Both the position numbers and the translations under genes were made by a program. Positions 1 to 10,712 of a stretch of 64,000 nt of DNA are shown in pieces; position 1 is the first letter of the stretch; each line of letters opens with the position of its first letter. Location: contig OY764216.1 of the NCBI GenBank assembly GCA_963668315.1, positions 3,904,001 through 3,968,000 on the forward strand, given 5' to 3'. A model generated the notes under the pieces. That model did no database searches, was not told the origin of the DNA, and saw only the letters and a list, made by a program, of their open reading frames with translations. This DNA comes from Spirochaetia bacterium. GTDB taxonomy: Bacteria; Spirochaetota; Spirochaetia; DSM-2461.

Positions 1-335
1 AAAGTATGAAGGTCTTGCTGTTCCATATATCGACGGGATGGTTTCTGACATTCTGATAATAATCCCATGATAAGATTTCACCGAATGATGTTTTGATTTC
101 CTTTTCTGCCTGTAATTTTTCATGGGTCACATCAGCCCATTTCATCCTTTCTCTCCCCATGCCCAGGCAGGTCAAAAATTCATACCTGATAACCGTAGAG
201 TTCCAATAGGGGTGCCAGTTTTCCGGCTTCCTCCTTATATGATTGCCGGCCGTGAACATATAAGCATAATTTATCGGATTTCTCACCATACAGAATGGCT
301 GGAATATGACTTATCAGAATTCTTTCTTTCCCCAT
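1..335 (-). pseudogene. Alpha/beta hydrolase pseudogene (in-frame TGA, internal deletion with frameshift; runs off window)
   Basis: Manual translation from ATG 335 gives MGKERILISHIPAILYGEKSDKLCLYVHGRQSYKEEA...GYQV*IFDLPGHGERKDE, with TGA at 180-182. It then switches frame to MKWADVTHEKLQAEKEIKTSFGEILSWDYYQNVRNHPV. The VHG and FDLPGHG motifs are typical of the fold; the nucleophile segment is absent. Confidence 0.7.
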
Positions 336-537
336 CGTGTTTATTCCCTTACCCTTGAACCACGTAAAACGGATGGCTCTGAATGATTTTCATCGTTTCT
401 TCTGTTCCCGAATACGGAATATCCCGAAATGTCTAAACGTCCGTTTAATTATAGCATAAAAAAATAGGGATATGTCAATTTTATCCTGCCGATCAGATCC
501 ATACCGTCTGACGAATTCATGCGATCCTGTCCGGTAA

Positions 538-2409
538 ATGACCTTCGGGAATGGCGGGAGTTATGCTTTTGAGGTTGATGATTTCCGCAAAATGGATCAG
601 AATATACTTAATATGGATAGCAAAAAAGAATCGATTGAGTCTAATGTCCTTGAGAATTTCAGCAGTCCCCCTTCAGGCTTCCTGGACCTTGCCGAAGATA
701 CGGGCATATACAGTTTCTGGGAGTGGAATCTGGAGAAGGACCGCATCTATTTAACAGAAAACATCTCGAAGATTCTCTGTATTGATAAGAATTACATTTC
801 AAGCAAGGAATTTGAAAATCTGCTGAGTCCCGATTTCAGTAATATTGAAATACCGATCAGGGAATCCGTCCTGGAACATAAGGAGTCCTTCAACTATAAG
901 TTGAAGTTGCTGCTTTCGGGTAAAAAGGAAAAATGGATTAATGTCTGGGGCAAACTTCATTCGGGCGGACAGAAAGTTGTCGGGTTAATATCCGATATAA
1001 CCGAACTGGAACAGCGTACTCTTGAACTGAGCGAATCCGCCTTAAGGGCGGAGCGCTCCCAGGCGATAGCCCATTTAGGCTCATGGGAATATGAGGCCGA
1101 TGATGGGACGATAATCTGGAGTGATGAAACTTACAGAATTTTTGGAAAAAACAAGGATTATTTTATACCTTCCTTCGAAACGTTTCTGGAGAATGTGCAT
1201 CCCGAAGACCGGGAGATGGTCTCTCTGGCATTCAAGAATTCCATCAAGAACAGAGAATACGGATATGAAATTAAGCACCGCATAATTAATGCCATAACCG
1301 GCAATACCAGATGGGTCCATGAAAAATGCTTCCATAAATGGGGCAGAGACGGAGAACATATCTGTTCCACCGGAGTCGTGCTGGATATAACAGAGAAAGA
1401 GCTTCTGACCCGGAAGTATGAAAACTTTTACCAGGCCATCGAAAATTCCTCCAATGCGGTTATTATAACAGATGGGGAAGGAAGGATCATCTATTCAAAC
1501 CGTGCCTTCGAAACGCTCTACGGATATACATCGGAGGAGATACTGGGTAAAACGCCGGCCATATTGAATCCGGGAATTGATGTATACAGGGATTACGGCT
1601 TCAGCGAGGATGATTACGCTTCCACCTTCTCGGCCATGTGGAAGGATATCGTCGATCCTGAAAAGGAGCATTGGGACGGGGAACTGCTGAATCAGACAAA
1701 GACCGGAGAGACAATCCGGGTCCATCTTTATGTCAATGCGGTAAAAAATGAAAAGGGTGAGATAACCTCTTTTATCGGCTACCCGATAGATATTTCCAGC
1801 CAGTACCTCAGGGAGAAAGAGATAAGGTTTCAGACGATTATGGCCATAGCCGATCTGGCTGAACAGAGGGATAATGAAACCGGCCAGCATATGAAGAGGA
1901 TCGGGCTGTTTGCCTCTTTTATTTCCGGAAAAATGGGACTGACCGCAAAGTTCTGCGAAGATATTAAGATGTTTGCCCCTCTTCATGATATCGGCAAAGT
2001 CGGAATCAGCGATAATATTCTGCTTGCCGAAAGAAAACTTACCGATGAAGAGTTTGAGACAATGAAAACGCATACCCAGATCGGGTATAATATCCTGAAA
2101 AACCGGCCTCTTATGGAAATGGCGGCGGATATCGCGCTCAATCACCAGGAAAAATATGACGGTTCCGGTTATCCCCGGGGGATGGCAGGTTCGGACATAC
2201 CTCTCCCGGCAAGAATAACAAGCCTGGCCGATGTCTATGATGCCTTAAGAAGTAAACGGCCCTATAAAGAACCTTTCAGCCACGAAAAAGCGAAAAAGAT
2301 AATTTCAGAAGGCCGGGGCAGACATTTTGATCCGGAGATAACCGATCTTTTCCTTGAATACGACAGGGATTTTGAAGCGATTTATGATACGTTGAAAGAT
2401 CAGGATTAG
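538..2409 (+). CDS. Multi-PAS domain HD-GYP c-di-GMP phosphodiesterase
   Basis: Three PAS/PAC-like segments (GSWEY...VHPEDRE; AVIITDGEGRIIYSN) followed by HDIGK and HQEKYDGSGYP. True start may be ATG 592 or 613. Confidence 0.9.
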   Translation: MTFGNGGSYAFEVDDFRKMDQNILNMDSKKESIESNVLENFSSPPSGFLDLAEDTGIYSFWEWNLEKDRIYLTENISKILCIDKNYISSKEFENLLSPDFSNIEIPIRESVLEHKESFNYKLKLLLSGKKEKWINVWGKLHSGGQKVVGLISDITELEQRTLELSESALRAERSQAIAHLGSWEYEADDGTIIWSDETYRIFGKNKDYFIPSFETFLENVHPEDREMVSLAFKNSIKNREYGYEIKHRIINAITGNTRWVHEKCFHKWGRDGEHICSTGVVLDITEKELLTRKYENFYQAIENSSNAVIITDGEGRIIYSNRAFETLYGYTSEEILGKTPAILNPGIDVYRDYGFSEDDYASTFSAMWKDIVDPEKEHWDGELLNQTKTGETIRVHLYVNAVKNEKGEITSFIGYPIDISSQYLREKEIRFQTIMAIADLAEQRDNETGQHMKRIGLFASFISGKMGLTAKFCEDIKMFAPLHDIGKVGISDNILLAERKLTDEEFETMKTHTQIGYNILKNRPLMEMAADIALNHQEKYDGSGYPRGMAGSDIPLPARITSLADVYDALRSKRPYKEPFSHEKAKKIISEGRGRHFDPEITDLFLEYDRDFEAIYDTLKDQD

Positions 2410-2479
2410 CCCGGACACGGCAGTTTCTTTAATCGCCTCAACGCTCTTTTCAAAGTCTTCACTCAGTCTGACCTTACGG

Positions 2480-2508
2480 TTGACTAATTAAAGATAAACA
2501 TTCATTAT
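2480..2508 (+). promoter_or_regulatory. Sigma70-like promoter of the lysS leader
   Basis: TTGACT (2480-2485), 17-nt spacer, CATTAT (2503-2508); predicted start near 2515. Confidence 0.55.
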
Positions 2509-2514
2509 ATTTAT

Positions 2515-2601
2515 ATGTGTATTATCCCTATCAATACGATAACGAATAAATCTCTTAAACAGAAAAAGATCTCGTTTCGCCTGTGGGGACATAAGGTTTA
2601 A
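2515..2601 (+). CDS. Putative Lys-rich attenuator leader peptide MCIIPINTITNKSLKQKKISFRLWGHKV (28 aa)
   Basis: ATG 2515 to TAA 2599-2601; five Lys codons, four clustered (KSLKQKK); lies directly before a terminator and lysS. Confidence 0.65.
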   Translation: MCIIPINTITNKSLKQKKISFRLWGHKV

Positions 2602-2622
2602 CTGTATATGTTTTGTAATCAC

Positions 2623-2650
2623 GCCCCGCATAGTGCGGGGCTTTTTTTTT
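2623..2650 (+). terminator. Intrinsic terminator (attenuator) upstream of lysS
   Basis: GCCCCGCA-TAG-TGCGGGGC followed by T9, immediately before the GGAGGA SD and ATG 2662. Confidence 0.85.
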
Positions 2651-2661
2651 GGAGGAACATC

Positions 2662-3685
<1,024 letters not shown>

Positions 3686-3687
3686 AT

Positions 3688-3716
3688 AAATACGGGCTAG
3701 ATGGCTCCGTATTTTT
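3688..3716 (+). terminator. Probable terminator after lysS
   Basis: AAATACGG...CCGTATTTTT hairpin just after the stop codon. Confidence 0.55.
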
Positions 3717-3764
3717 CAATCATCTTGAAGTTCATATTAAAAATAAATACTATGACAAAGCATT

Positions 3765-4118
3765 ATGACAATTAAAGATTTTTCCGAGAAAACAGATATT
3801 TCCATTTCCGCAATAAGATATTACGACAGCCTGGGACTGTTTCCCGGCTTATCAAGAAACGCCTCGGGATACAGAGAGTTTACCGAGAAGGATATCTCCT
3901 GGGCTCTGTTTATCAACAGACTCAAAGATACGGGAATGGCAATTAAGGACATCATGATCTATTCAGAACTTCGCGACCAGGGTGACTCAACCATTTCAGA
4001 AAGATTGGAAATCCTTGAAAATCATAGAAATGCATTAAAGGAGAAGATTGAAAGAGACAATCAGAATCTGATCCGTCTCGATGAAAAAGTCGATTTCTAT
4101 AAAAAGCTCTTGCCCTAA
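3765..4118 (+). CDS. MerR family regulator (AdhR-like)
   Basis: MTIKDFSEKTDISISAIRYYDSLGL, RNASGYREF, LKDTGMAIKDI and GDST motifs. Confidence 0.92.
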   Translation: MTIKDFSEKTDISISAIRYYDSLGLFPGLSRNASGYREFTEKDISWALFINRLKDTGMAIKDIMIYSELRDQGDSTISERLEILENHRNALKEKIERDNQNLIRLDEKVDFYKKLLP

Positions 4119-4140
4119 AGTAAACTTTATACTTTAGCCT
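4110..4140 (+). promoter_or_regulatory. MerR-type promoter with 19-bp spacer and operator
   Basis: TTGCCC (4110-4115), 19-nt spacer, TAGCCT (4135-4140). The spacer contains the palindrome TAAAGT-AA-ACTTTA (4116-4129). Confidence 0.8.
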
Positions 4141-4168
4141 CAAAAAAAAGATCCAAGGAGAAGGCTAT

Positions 4169-4543
4169 ATGAGCTATGATTTTCAGAGAGGTGTTGAACT
4201 GTTACAGCAAGTGGACGGAAAGGGCGGTAAAGACGTAATTGAAAACCTGCAATCGGTGAGTCCGGACCTGGGGAAGTATATAATTGAGTATGCTTTCGGC
4301 GAGATTTATACCAGAGAGGCTCTGGGACTGAGGGACAGGGAACTGGTAACCATTTCCTCCCTGGCGGCCATGGGAGATTGCGCGCCCCAGCTGAAAGTCC
4401 ATCTGAACGGGGCTCTGAATTGCGGTATTACGGAAGAAGAGATTCTGGAGACTTTCCTTCACCTTTCCGTTTACTGCGGTTTCCCCAAGGCTATCAATGC
4501 CATCCTTACGGCGAAAGAAGTCTTCGGGGACAGGGTAATGTAA
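4169..4543 (+). CDS. Carboxymuconolactone decarboxylase (CMD/AhpD-like) family protein
   Basis: EYAFGEIYTR, LRDRELVTI, QLKVHLNGALNCG and YCGFPKAINA motifs; AAGGAG SD. Confidence 0.92.
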   Translation: MSYDFQRGVELLQQVDGKGGKDVIENLQSVSPDLGKYIIEYAFGEIYTREALGLRDRELVTISSLAAMGDCAPQLKVHLNGALNCGITEEEILETFLHLSVYCGFPKAINAILTAKEVFGDRVM

Positions 4544-4565
4544 ACGGATCATTTTACTTCCCCTC

Positions 4566-5035
4566 TTAGAAGGGGGAGTTAAGGCCCATTTCCTTCAAAC
4601 GGTACAGCATCTCTATAAGCTGATGACCGGCTACACGCTCACCTTCCTGTACATACGGGAAACCCAGTTTTCCATAAAAACCCCGAAGATGCTGGTGGGC
4701 GTGAATCTCGATGGAAACCAGACCGGAATTCCGGGCATGCTCGATCATAGCCCTGACCACCTTTCCGGCTATTCCCCTGCCCCTGTAATCCTTAACCACC
4801 GCGATACGTCCCATGATGCCATGCTTCAGGTAAAAAGACTGTGACCAGGGTGCCCATCGTTGAAAATTCGTTGTAATCAGAAGATATCCCTGTTGCCACA
4901 CCGAACACCATATTGTCTTTCTCCGCAATCCGCTGGAATCAGCGTCTGATAAGGAGCATAGGATTTCTTAATAACAGTAAGGAGTGAGATGCGGACGGGA
5001 GGGGTAAAAACAATCCAGATGAGAAAATACCCCAT
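4566..5035 (-). pseudogene. Decayed or chimeric GNAT acetyltransferase fragments
   Basis: The 3' part is an ElaA/YjcF-like GNAT (GRIAVVKDYRGRGIA...FYGKLGF) lacking its N-terminus. Upstream, in another frame, IAEKDNMVFGVATG...LPEAWHHG resembles the middle of a different GNAT. 5' boundary uncertain. Confidence 0.5.
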
Positions 5036-5273
5036 GAATACTTCTCATGAAACCTCTCTTTCGGTGAACCTTTTATATCCGTAACTCCCCAGGTAATAAT
5101 ACTGATAATATAAAACTCAACCTATGATTAATTCCTTTCCTTGATTGATTATGACAAATATTCCTATGTAATACCATCTTTATCGTGATAATATAGGAAT
5201 GAAAGAAAAAAGGATTTCCGATGAAAAGAGATATTTTACTCCTTTCTGTTCCGGCATTTAGGGAGGTATTGAG

Positions 5274-5624
5274 ATGAAAAAAGAGATGAAAGATGAACTT
5301 TATATTCTCTGGACCAACGATAATATCATGACTTCAGAAAAAATGGTTTGTATGTATGCCCATAATGCGGTATTGAGGGGGTGGTGGGCAGAAGTAACGG
5401 TTATCATCTGGGGAGCCACCGCAAAACTGGTTTCTGAGAATAAATCGATTCAGATAAAACTGAAGGAGATGATTCACGATGGAGTCAAGGTCTCTGCCTG
5501 TAAAGCCTGCGCCGACCAGTTAGGGGTGACAGAGATAATTGAATCCCTGGGAATCGAAATCAAATACTGGGGAGAACCTCTTACGGATCTACTCAAGTCG
5601 GATAAAAAAATCCTCACCATATAG
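5274..5624 (+). CDS. DsrE family protein
   Basis: LYILWT, MYAHNA, VIIWGAT and ACKACAD motifs; GGGAGG SD. Confidence 0.88.
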   Translation: MKKEMKDELYILWTNDNIMTSEKMVCMYAHNAVLRGWWAEVTVIIWGATAKLVSENKSIQIKLKEMIHDGVKVSACKACADQLGVTEIIESLGIEIKYWGEPLTDLLKSDKKILTI

Positions 5625-5915
5625 GACAGGAAACCGGCTTAGAAACGGAACGGCTTGCTCAGGGAAAGAAGATGTCGTATATTAATAAACATACCATCAC
5701 TTAAGAAGTTCTGAAAGAGAGCCGTTCCAATAATTTCTATCTCCGGGGATTTTACTGTAAGCCTAAACCTCCTGAGAGAGATCCCGCCTATTGCTTTCGA
5801 AGGGTGTACCCTATTGGGGCGTTAGATAGAATCCGACATAGGGGGAGTGGGAAGAATAACATCTGTCTTTCTTCAAAGAATCAAAAAGCCGGGAAGAATC
5901 AGGAGGAATGATATT

Positions 5916-6554
5916 TTGAAAACGTTAATCAGCGAAACGCAGGAAGTCATTAAGCGGGAATTCATAAATCATAAAAGACCGGATTATTCTTTCCGAAGCA
6001 GACACAGCCATACTCTCCGCGTCCTGAAATGGGCAGAAAGAATTCAGGGGAAGGAAGGAGGGAATCCGGATATCGTCACCATGGCCGTTCTCCTCCATGA
6101 CATCGGTTGGGATGAAGAAAGACCCCATAATGAAATCAGTTATGAATATGCTCTGAAATACCTGAAAGATAAGGAAATCGATGACGGCCTGAAGAAGCAG
6201 ATATGCCGGGCCGTATTGAACCATAATCAGAGGCATCTTCCCGACGGCGAACTGTCCCTGGAGGAAAAAATCGTTATGGACGCCGATATAATCGATGAAA
6301 TAGGGATTATTTCCATTGTGTGGGATTCTCTCTCCACAGCTATACAGGAGACGGAATACAACTTCTACACGGTTCTTGAGAGGCTCCAAAAAATCGAGAA
6401 CGGTGGATATGAGGCACGGGAGAAATACCTGAAAACGAAAACAGGATTGGAAATCTACCGGGAGAGAGTCGGTGTTTTTGAGAAAGCAATTGCCAACTAC
6501 TCCTATGAGTTATGTCTGTCCGAAGAGAACCCCGAAGCCTTACACGATTCATAA
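5916..6554 (+). CDS. HD domain phosphohydrolase
   Basis: HTLRV...LLHDIG...NH...DAD motifs; TTG start chosen downstream of AGGAGG. Confidence 0.85.
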   Translation: MKTLISETQEVIKREFINHKRPDYSFRSRHSHTLRVLKWAERIQGKEGGNPDIVTMAVLLHDIGWDEERPHNEISYEYALKYLKDKEIDDGLKKQICRAVLNHNQRHLPDGELSLEEKIVMDADIIDEIGIISIVWDSLSTAIQETEYNFYTVLERLQKIENGGYEAREKYLKTKTGLEIYRERVGVFEKAIANYSYELCLSEENPEALHDS

Positions 6555-6586
6555 GAAAGTATCTTGATAGTGCAGGAAGTGAGAAA

Positions 6587-7585
6587 ATGAACATGCAGCT
6601 GGTAAAGTATTCAGAAATTACCGAGGACCAATACGAAGATTATATCGGAGAGTGGGAAGCTTCCGGCGAAACAATCGTTCCCAGCGCATCAAGAAAAAAT
6701 AACAACTCTTTCAAGGAATTGCGCGACGCCTGGAATTTGTATGAAACGGATATCATGTATGCAAAGGGTTTTGTTCCCGCAACACTCTATTTTTATTTAG
6801 ATGATGAAAACAGAATCATGGGAGCCATCCATCTGCGCCATGATATCAACAAACGGTTGAGAGAGAACGGTGGTCACATTGGCTACGGTGTAAGACCTAG
6901 TGAAAGGAAAAAGGGATATGCCTCCCGTATGCTTTCTGATTTGTTGAAGATGATCTGGCAGGAAGGCTATGAGAAAGTTCTGATAACCTGTGATGAAAAT
7001 AATATCGCTTCGGCGGGAACAATAGAAAAAAACGGCGGTGTCCTGTGGGATAGACCTCTCTTTGAGGGGACCATGACCAGGCGATATTGGTTGTATCCCT
7101 GTAAGATACGAAAAATCGAGGGTAAGCCCGACTTCACGGAAATAATCGATCTCATAAGGGAGGAATGGCCTTCTGAATTAGGAGAGACGGAAGATTCGGT
7201 CATAATCCAGGAAATGGAACAAAGCTATAACAGCGCAACAGATAGTGTAAAATCCCTTTACAGGGACGGCAGGATTATTGGCTTCTACCGTTATTCTCTG
7301 TGGCCCCGGGAAGACCGTTTTCCCAAGGCGGCCCATGTGATGGATATTGCCCTTTCCCCGGAAGTTCGCCACAGGGGATGGGGCACTTTGCTTATGAAAG
7401 ATATGATGGAAGAGTGCCGCAGGAAAGGATTGAAAACGCTTCTCAGCCGCAGTTACAGATCCAATGAAGCATCCTGCGGATTACATAAATCTCTCGGGTT
7501 CTCCCTGGTAAAAGAAATGGCTGACTCCTTTATCTGGAAGATTTCTCTGATAGAAGGGATCGAACCAGACAATGAGAAATTATAG
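6587..7585 (+). CDS. Tandem double GNAT acetyltransferase
   Basis: GGHIGYGVRPSERKKGYA domain plus a second IALSPEVRHRGWG...HKSLGF domain. Confidence 0.88.
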   Translation: MNMQLVKYSEITEDQYEDYIGEWEASGETIVPSASRKNNNSFKELRDAWNLYETDIMYAKGFVPATLYFYLDDENRIMGAIHLRHDINKRLRENGGHIGYGVRPSERKKGYASRMLSDLLKMIWQEGYEKVLITCDENNIASAGTIEKNGGVLWDRPLFEGTMTRRYWLYPCKIRKIEGKPDFTEIIDLIREEWPSELGETEDSVIIQEMEQSYNSATDSVKSLYRDGRIIGFYRYSLWPREDRFPKAAHVMDIALSPEVRHRGWGTLLMKDMMEECRRKGLKTLLSRSYRSNEASCGLHKSLGFSLVKEMADSFIWKISLIEGIEPDNEKL

Positions 7586-7595
7586 GAAGAAAGAG

Positions 7596-8036
7596 ATGAG
7601 CCCCACGATCTATACCATTATGACCATTGACGATTACGATGACGTCTTTGCCCTCTGGAACAGTAACCCCGGCATGGGCATGCGCTCCCTGGATGACTCC
7701 CGAAAGGGGATCGATACCTTCCTGAAAAGAAATCCCCGGACCTGCTTTGTCTGCCGCAGGGGACCTTCGATTTGCGGGGTGATTCTTTGCGGTCATGACG
7801 GAAGGCGGGGCTATATCTACCATATGGCAGTGCACAGCGGTTTCCAAAGGAAAGGAATTGGCCGCCGCCTTGTGGAAGAAGTAATTGAGGCCCTCAAACG
7901 GGAGGGCATCAATAAAGCGGCTCTGGTTGTCTATGCCGATAACGAAAGGGGGAACCGTTTCTGGGAATCCCTCGGTTTTTCCCAGCGGGAAGATCTGATC
8001 TACCGGGACAGGGTTCTAAACAGGGACAATACCTGA
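7596..8036 (+). CDS. GNAT acetyltransferase (YpeA-like)
   Basis: CGHDGRRGYIYHMAV, QRKGIG and FWESLGF motifs. Confidence 0.9.
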   Translation: MSPTIYTIMTIDDYDDVFALWNSNPGMGMRSLDDSRKGIDTFLKRNPRTCFVCRRGPSICGVILCGHDGRRGYIYHMAVHSGFQRKGIGRRLVEEVIEALKREGINKAALVVYADNERGNRFWESLGFSQREDLIYRDRVLNRDNT

Positions 8037-8037
8037 T

Positions 8038-9411
8038 TCACCCCTCACAGGAGCGTTTTTCCTCTCTCCTCTCCTCCAGTTCACGAAGGATACGGCCGTA
8101 TGACTCCCTGTCCAGGTTGTAGAAATTCAGAATAATCATGGAAAGGGCCAGGCAGATAATGGGAAGATAGGTCAGAGTTAGCTGTATACCCCTCTCTGCG
8201 GCGGCTCCCTGCTGTGCCGCTCCGGGAATGTATCCTGTAACTTCCAGGGTCAATGCCACAATACCACCGGCCAGAGCTGTCGCCAGTTTCTGACTGAAGC
8301 TGAACAGGGAGTAGATGATCCCCTCGTTACGTTCGCCGTTGACCATTTCCCCGTACTCCACCGTATCGGGCAGCATGGCCCATCCCAGGGTGGAAACCAC
8401 GGTAAAGCCGAAACTGCTGAAGGCGGCCGTGGCCAGAACCACGGCGGGACGGTCATAGGGAATATAGTGAAACACCGCCGACCCGGCCACACCGATAAGG
8501 GCCCCCGCCATATAAGCCCCTTTCTTGTCAAGCCTGGCCGTTACGGCGGGAAGGGCCAGATTTCCCAGGATCATGGAAAGAACCACCACCCCCATGAAAA
8601 GGGGCATGAGCGAACTGTCCCCCATATTGTAAGTCACAAAGTAGATAACCGATGTTTCCCGGATATATTCCGCCGTGGCTCCTATAAGAAAGGCCGCCGT
8701 GAGTATCAGCAAAGGCCCATTCTTACGTAAGCCCCTCCCCTGCTCCCTCAAAAGGGTTTGACTCCCCGCGCCCTTCTCCCGGGTACGGGGTCGCGCCCTC
8801 TGATTCTTTACCAGGAAGGAGGTGGATCGGAAGCAGACAAAATAGAAGAGAGAGGCCAGCAGAGCATAGAAGAGGGCCGTCATGGTGTATCCCCGGCTCG
8901 GTCGGGAAAAGGCGCCTGTGACGGGCTCGGTGGCCACGGCGACGATAATAACACCGAACAGCATGAAGAGCATGCGCACCGAAGAGATTTTCGTTCTCTC
9001 CTGGGGATCCCGGCTCATCTCGGCAGTCATGGATGCGTAGGGGATGCTCACCATGGTGTAGAGCATGCCCCAGAGGATGTAGGTGGCCCCTGCGAACAGG
9101 ACCTTTCCCCGCCCCAGGGAGGGCACGGAGAAAAGGAGCACCGTGGCCGCCGCCAGGGGCAGGGAGGCGTACCGTATGAATACCCTCCCCCTTCCGTGGG
9201 GCGACTCGGTCCGGTCCACCAGAATCCCCATGATGGGATCGTTCACCCCGTCCCAGATCCGGGCGATAAGGAAAATAATCCCCACCACTCCCGGCGAAAT
9301 TCCCGCCACATCCGTATAGTAGTAGAGCAGATACAGAAGGGACATCTGAAAGAGCAGATTGTTCGCCAGATCACCCGCGGCGTACCCGGCCATGGTTCTT
9401 TTCGAAAGCAT
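8038..9411 (-). CDS. Glycoside-pentoside-hexuronide (MelB/UidB-like) MFS sugar symporter
   Basis: GYAAGDLANN, ARIWDGVNDPIMG and PDTVEYG motifs; many hydrophobic spans; start moved to ATG 9411 after GGAGG. Confidence 0.92.
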   Translation of the reverse strand: MLSKRTMAGYAAGDLANNLLFQMSLLYLLYYYTDVAGISPGVVGIIFLIARIWDGVNDPIMGILVDRTESPHGRGRVFIRYASLPLAAATVLLFSVPSLGRGKVLFAGATYILWGMLYTMVSIPYASMTAEMSRDPQERTKISSVRMLFMLFGVIIVAVATEPVTGAFSRPSRGYTMTALFYALLASLFYFVCFRSTSFLVKNQRARPRTREKGAGSQTLLREQGRGLRKNGPLLILTAAFLIGATAEYIRETSVIYFVTYNMGDSSLMPLFMGVVVLSMILGNLALPAVTARLDKKGAYMAGALIGVAGSAVFHYIPYDRPAVVLATAAFSSFGFTVVSTLGWAMLPDTVEYGEMVNGERNEGIIYSLFSFSQKLATALAGGIVALTLEVTGYIPGAAQQGAAAERGIQLTLTYLPIICLALSMIILNFYNLDRESYGRILRELEERREEKRSCEG

Positions 9412-9422
9412 CGGAAATCCTC

Positions 9423-10706
9423 CTATAAAAGCCTCTCCCGGCATAAAGCTCTGTAATAGAGAGCGCTGGGCCGCGGCCGTCTCTCCATGGTATCGTAGTC
9501 GATCTCCACCAGGCCGAAACGCGGTCCGTACCCGTCGTTCCACTCAAGATTATCCATGAGCGACCAGTAATAATAGCGCCTGATATCCACCCCTTCCTCC
9601 ATCAGTCTCAGAACCACCGCCAGATGATCCCTTATAAAGGCGGCCCTTTTTTCATCGGAGCTGTCGGCCAGGCCGTTCTCCGTGATATATACGGGAAGGG
9701 CGTACTTCTCCCAGAGAGGAGTGATAACCCCGGCCAGTCCCTCGGGATAGATCTCCCAGCCCAGATCGGTTAATTTCTCCTTCGGAAGGTCCGGATCAAA
9801 TCCCACCGTACCAAAGAGCCTGGCCGGGCTGACCGTCGGTGTGATGATATGCCGTGAGTAGTAGTTAACCCCCAGATAGTCGCAGAAGATTCCCTTGCCT
9901 TCGGGATAACCGGCTCCCAGGGGAAAAATAAGCTTTCCCTCGATCATCCCCTTGAGGTAGATTTTATGAAAGAGCCGCTCCATCAGCCCCTTTCCCAGAC
10001 GACAGAAAAGCCCTTTTCCGGGAGAGACGAAGAAGGCCAGGTGCTGGGCGTACCCCACCATGGTTTCCCCGGGGAAGTTTTTTTCCCTGCGGATTTTATG
10101 GATGAGTTTGTAAGCCCTGAGATGGGCTATTACCATGCGGCGGCTGACCTTGAAATAGGATAGCATGTCACCCTCATGCCCGGGGGGATATTTTCCGTCC
10201 ATATAGCTGTCATTGGCAAAAACATTCGGCTCGTTGATGGTGCACCAGTCGCACACCAGATCGCCCAATTCCTCCACAATCTTACCGCAGAAGCGCAGAA
10301 ACAGCCCCACAGCCTCCCGGGACATCCACCCTCCGGCCTCCTGGAACCACCGGGGACAGGAAAAATGGTGCAGCGTCACCATGGGAACAATCCCCCGGGC
10401 CCTGATCAATTCAAGCTCGCTCCGGTAATGGGCCATTCCCTCGGGGGACCAGACTCCCCTCTCCGGCTCAATCCGGCTCCATTCGACCCCCATTCTGTAG
10501 CACTGATGGCCCAATTCGGCCATCATCTCCGTATCCTCCCGGAACCGGGCATAATGATCGGCGCCGGTAAGACTGCTCTCTCCCCGGCCGACTTTCCCCT
10601 TAAGGGACCAATCGTACCAGTTCACATTCACATCCCCACCCTCGACCTGGGTGGCAGCCGTGGCCGAACCGAGAAGCAGTGACGCGGGTATTTTCTTTTT
10701 CATCAT
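9423..10706 (-). CDS. Glycoside hydrolase family 1 (beta-glucosidase)
   Basis: ATAATQVEG, TINEP (acid/base), YITENG (nucleophile) and DNLEW motifs. Confidence 0.95.
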   Translation of the reverse strand: MMKKKIPASLLLGSATAATQVEGGDVNVNWYDWSLKGKVGRGESSLTGADHYARFREDTEMMAELGHQCYRMGVEWSRIEPERGVWSPEGMAHYRSELELIRARGIVPMVTLHHFSCPRWFQEAGGWMSREAVGLFLRFCGKIVEELGDLVCDWCTINEPNVFANDSYMDGKYPPGHEGDMLSYFKVSRRMVIAHLRAYKLIHKIRREKNFPGETMVGYAQHLAFFVSPGKGLFCRLGKGLMERLFHKIYLKGMIEGKLIFPLGAGYPEGKGIFCDYLGVNYYSRHIITPTVSPARLFGTVGFDPDLPKEKLTDLGWEIYPEGLAGVITPLWEKYALPVYITENGLADSSDEKRAAFIRDHLAVVLRLMEEGVDIRRYYYWSLMDNLEWNDGYGPRFGLVEIDYDTMERRPRPSALYYRALCRERLL

Positions 10707-10712
10707 CCTTTC

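Noticed and set aside
180..182. TGA in the hydrolase read as selenocysteine or recoded Trp
   Set aside because: It is not at a catalytic Cys position, the gene also has a deletion, and TGA ends other genes in this window.
490..570. Possible c-di-GMP-I riboswitch upstream of the HD-GYP gene
   Set aside because: Only a vague resemblance to the 3' half; the GGCAAA/GAAA/GCAAA core is missing.
2608..2661. ORF-track N-terminal extension of lysS
   Set aside because: It runs through the terminator hairpin; the GGAGGA SD supports ATG 2662.
4824..4829. Third deletion junction with a TGAA core in the GNAT chimera
   Set aside because: The upstream frame still looks GNAT-like past this point (LPEAWHHG), so the junction cannot be placed here.
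5199..5261. Short ORF MKEKRISDEKRYFTPFCSGI upstream of dsrE
   Set aside because: No associated terminator or recognisable motif; could be chance or gene debris.
3686..8036. Integron cassette array
   Set aside because: The gene content is cassette-like, but I found no recurring attC-type ends or integrase in the window.
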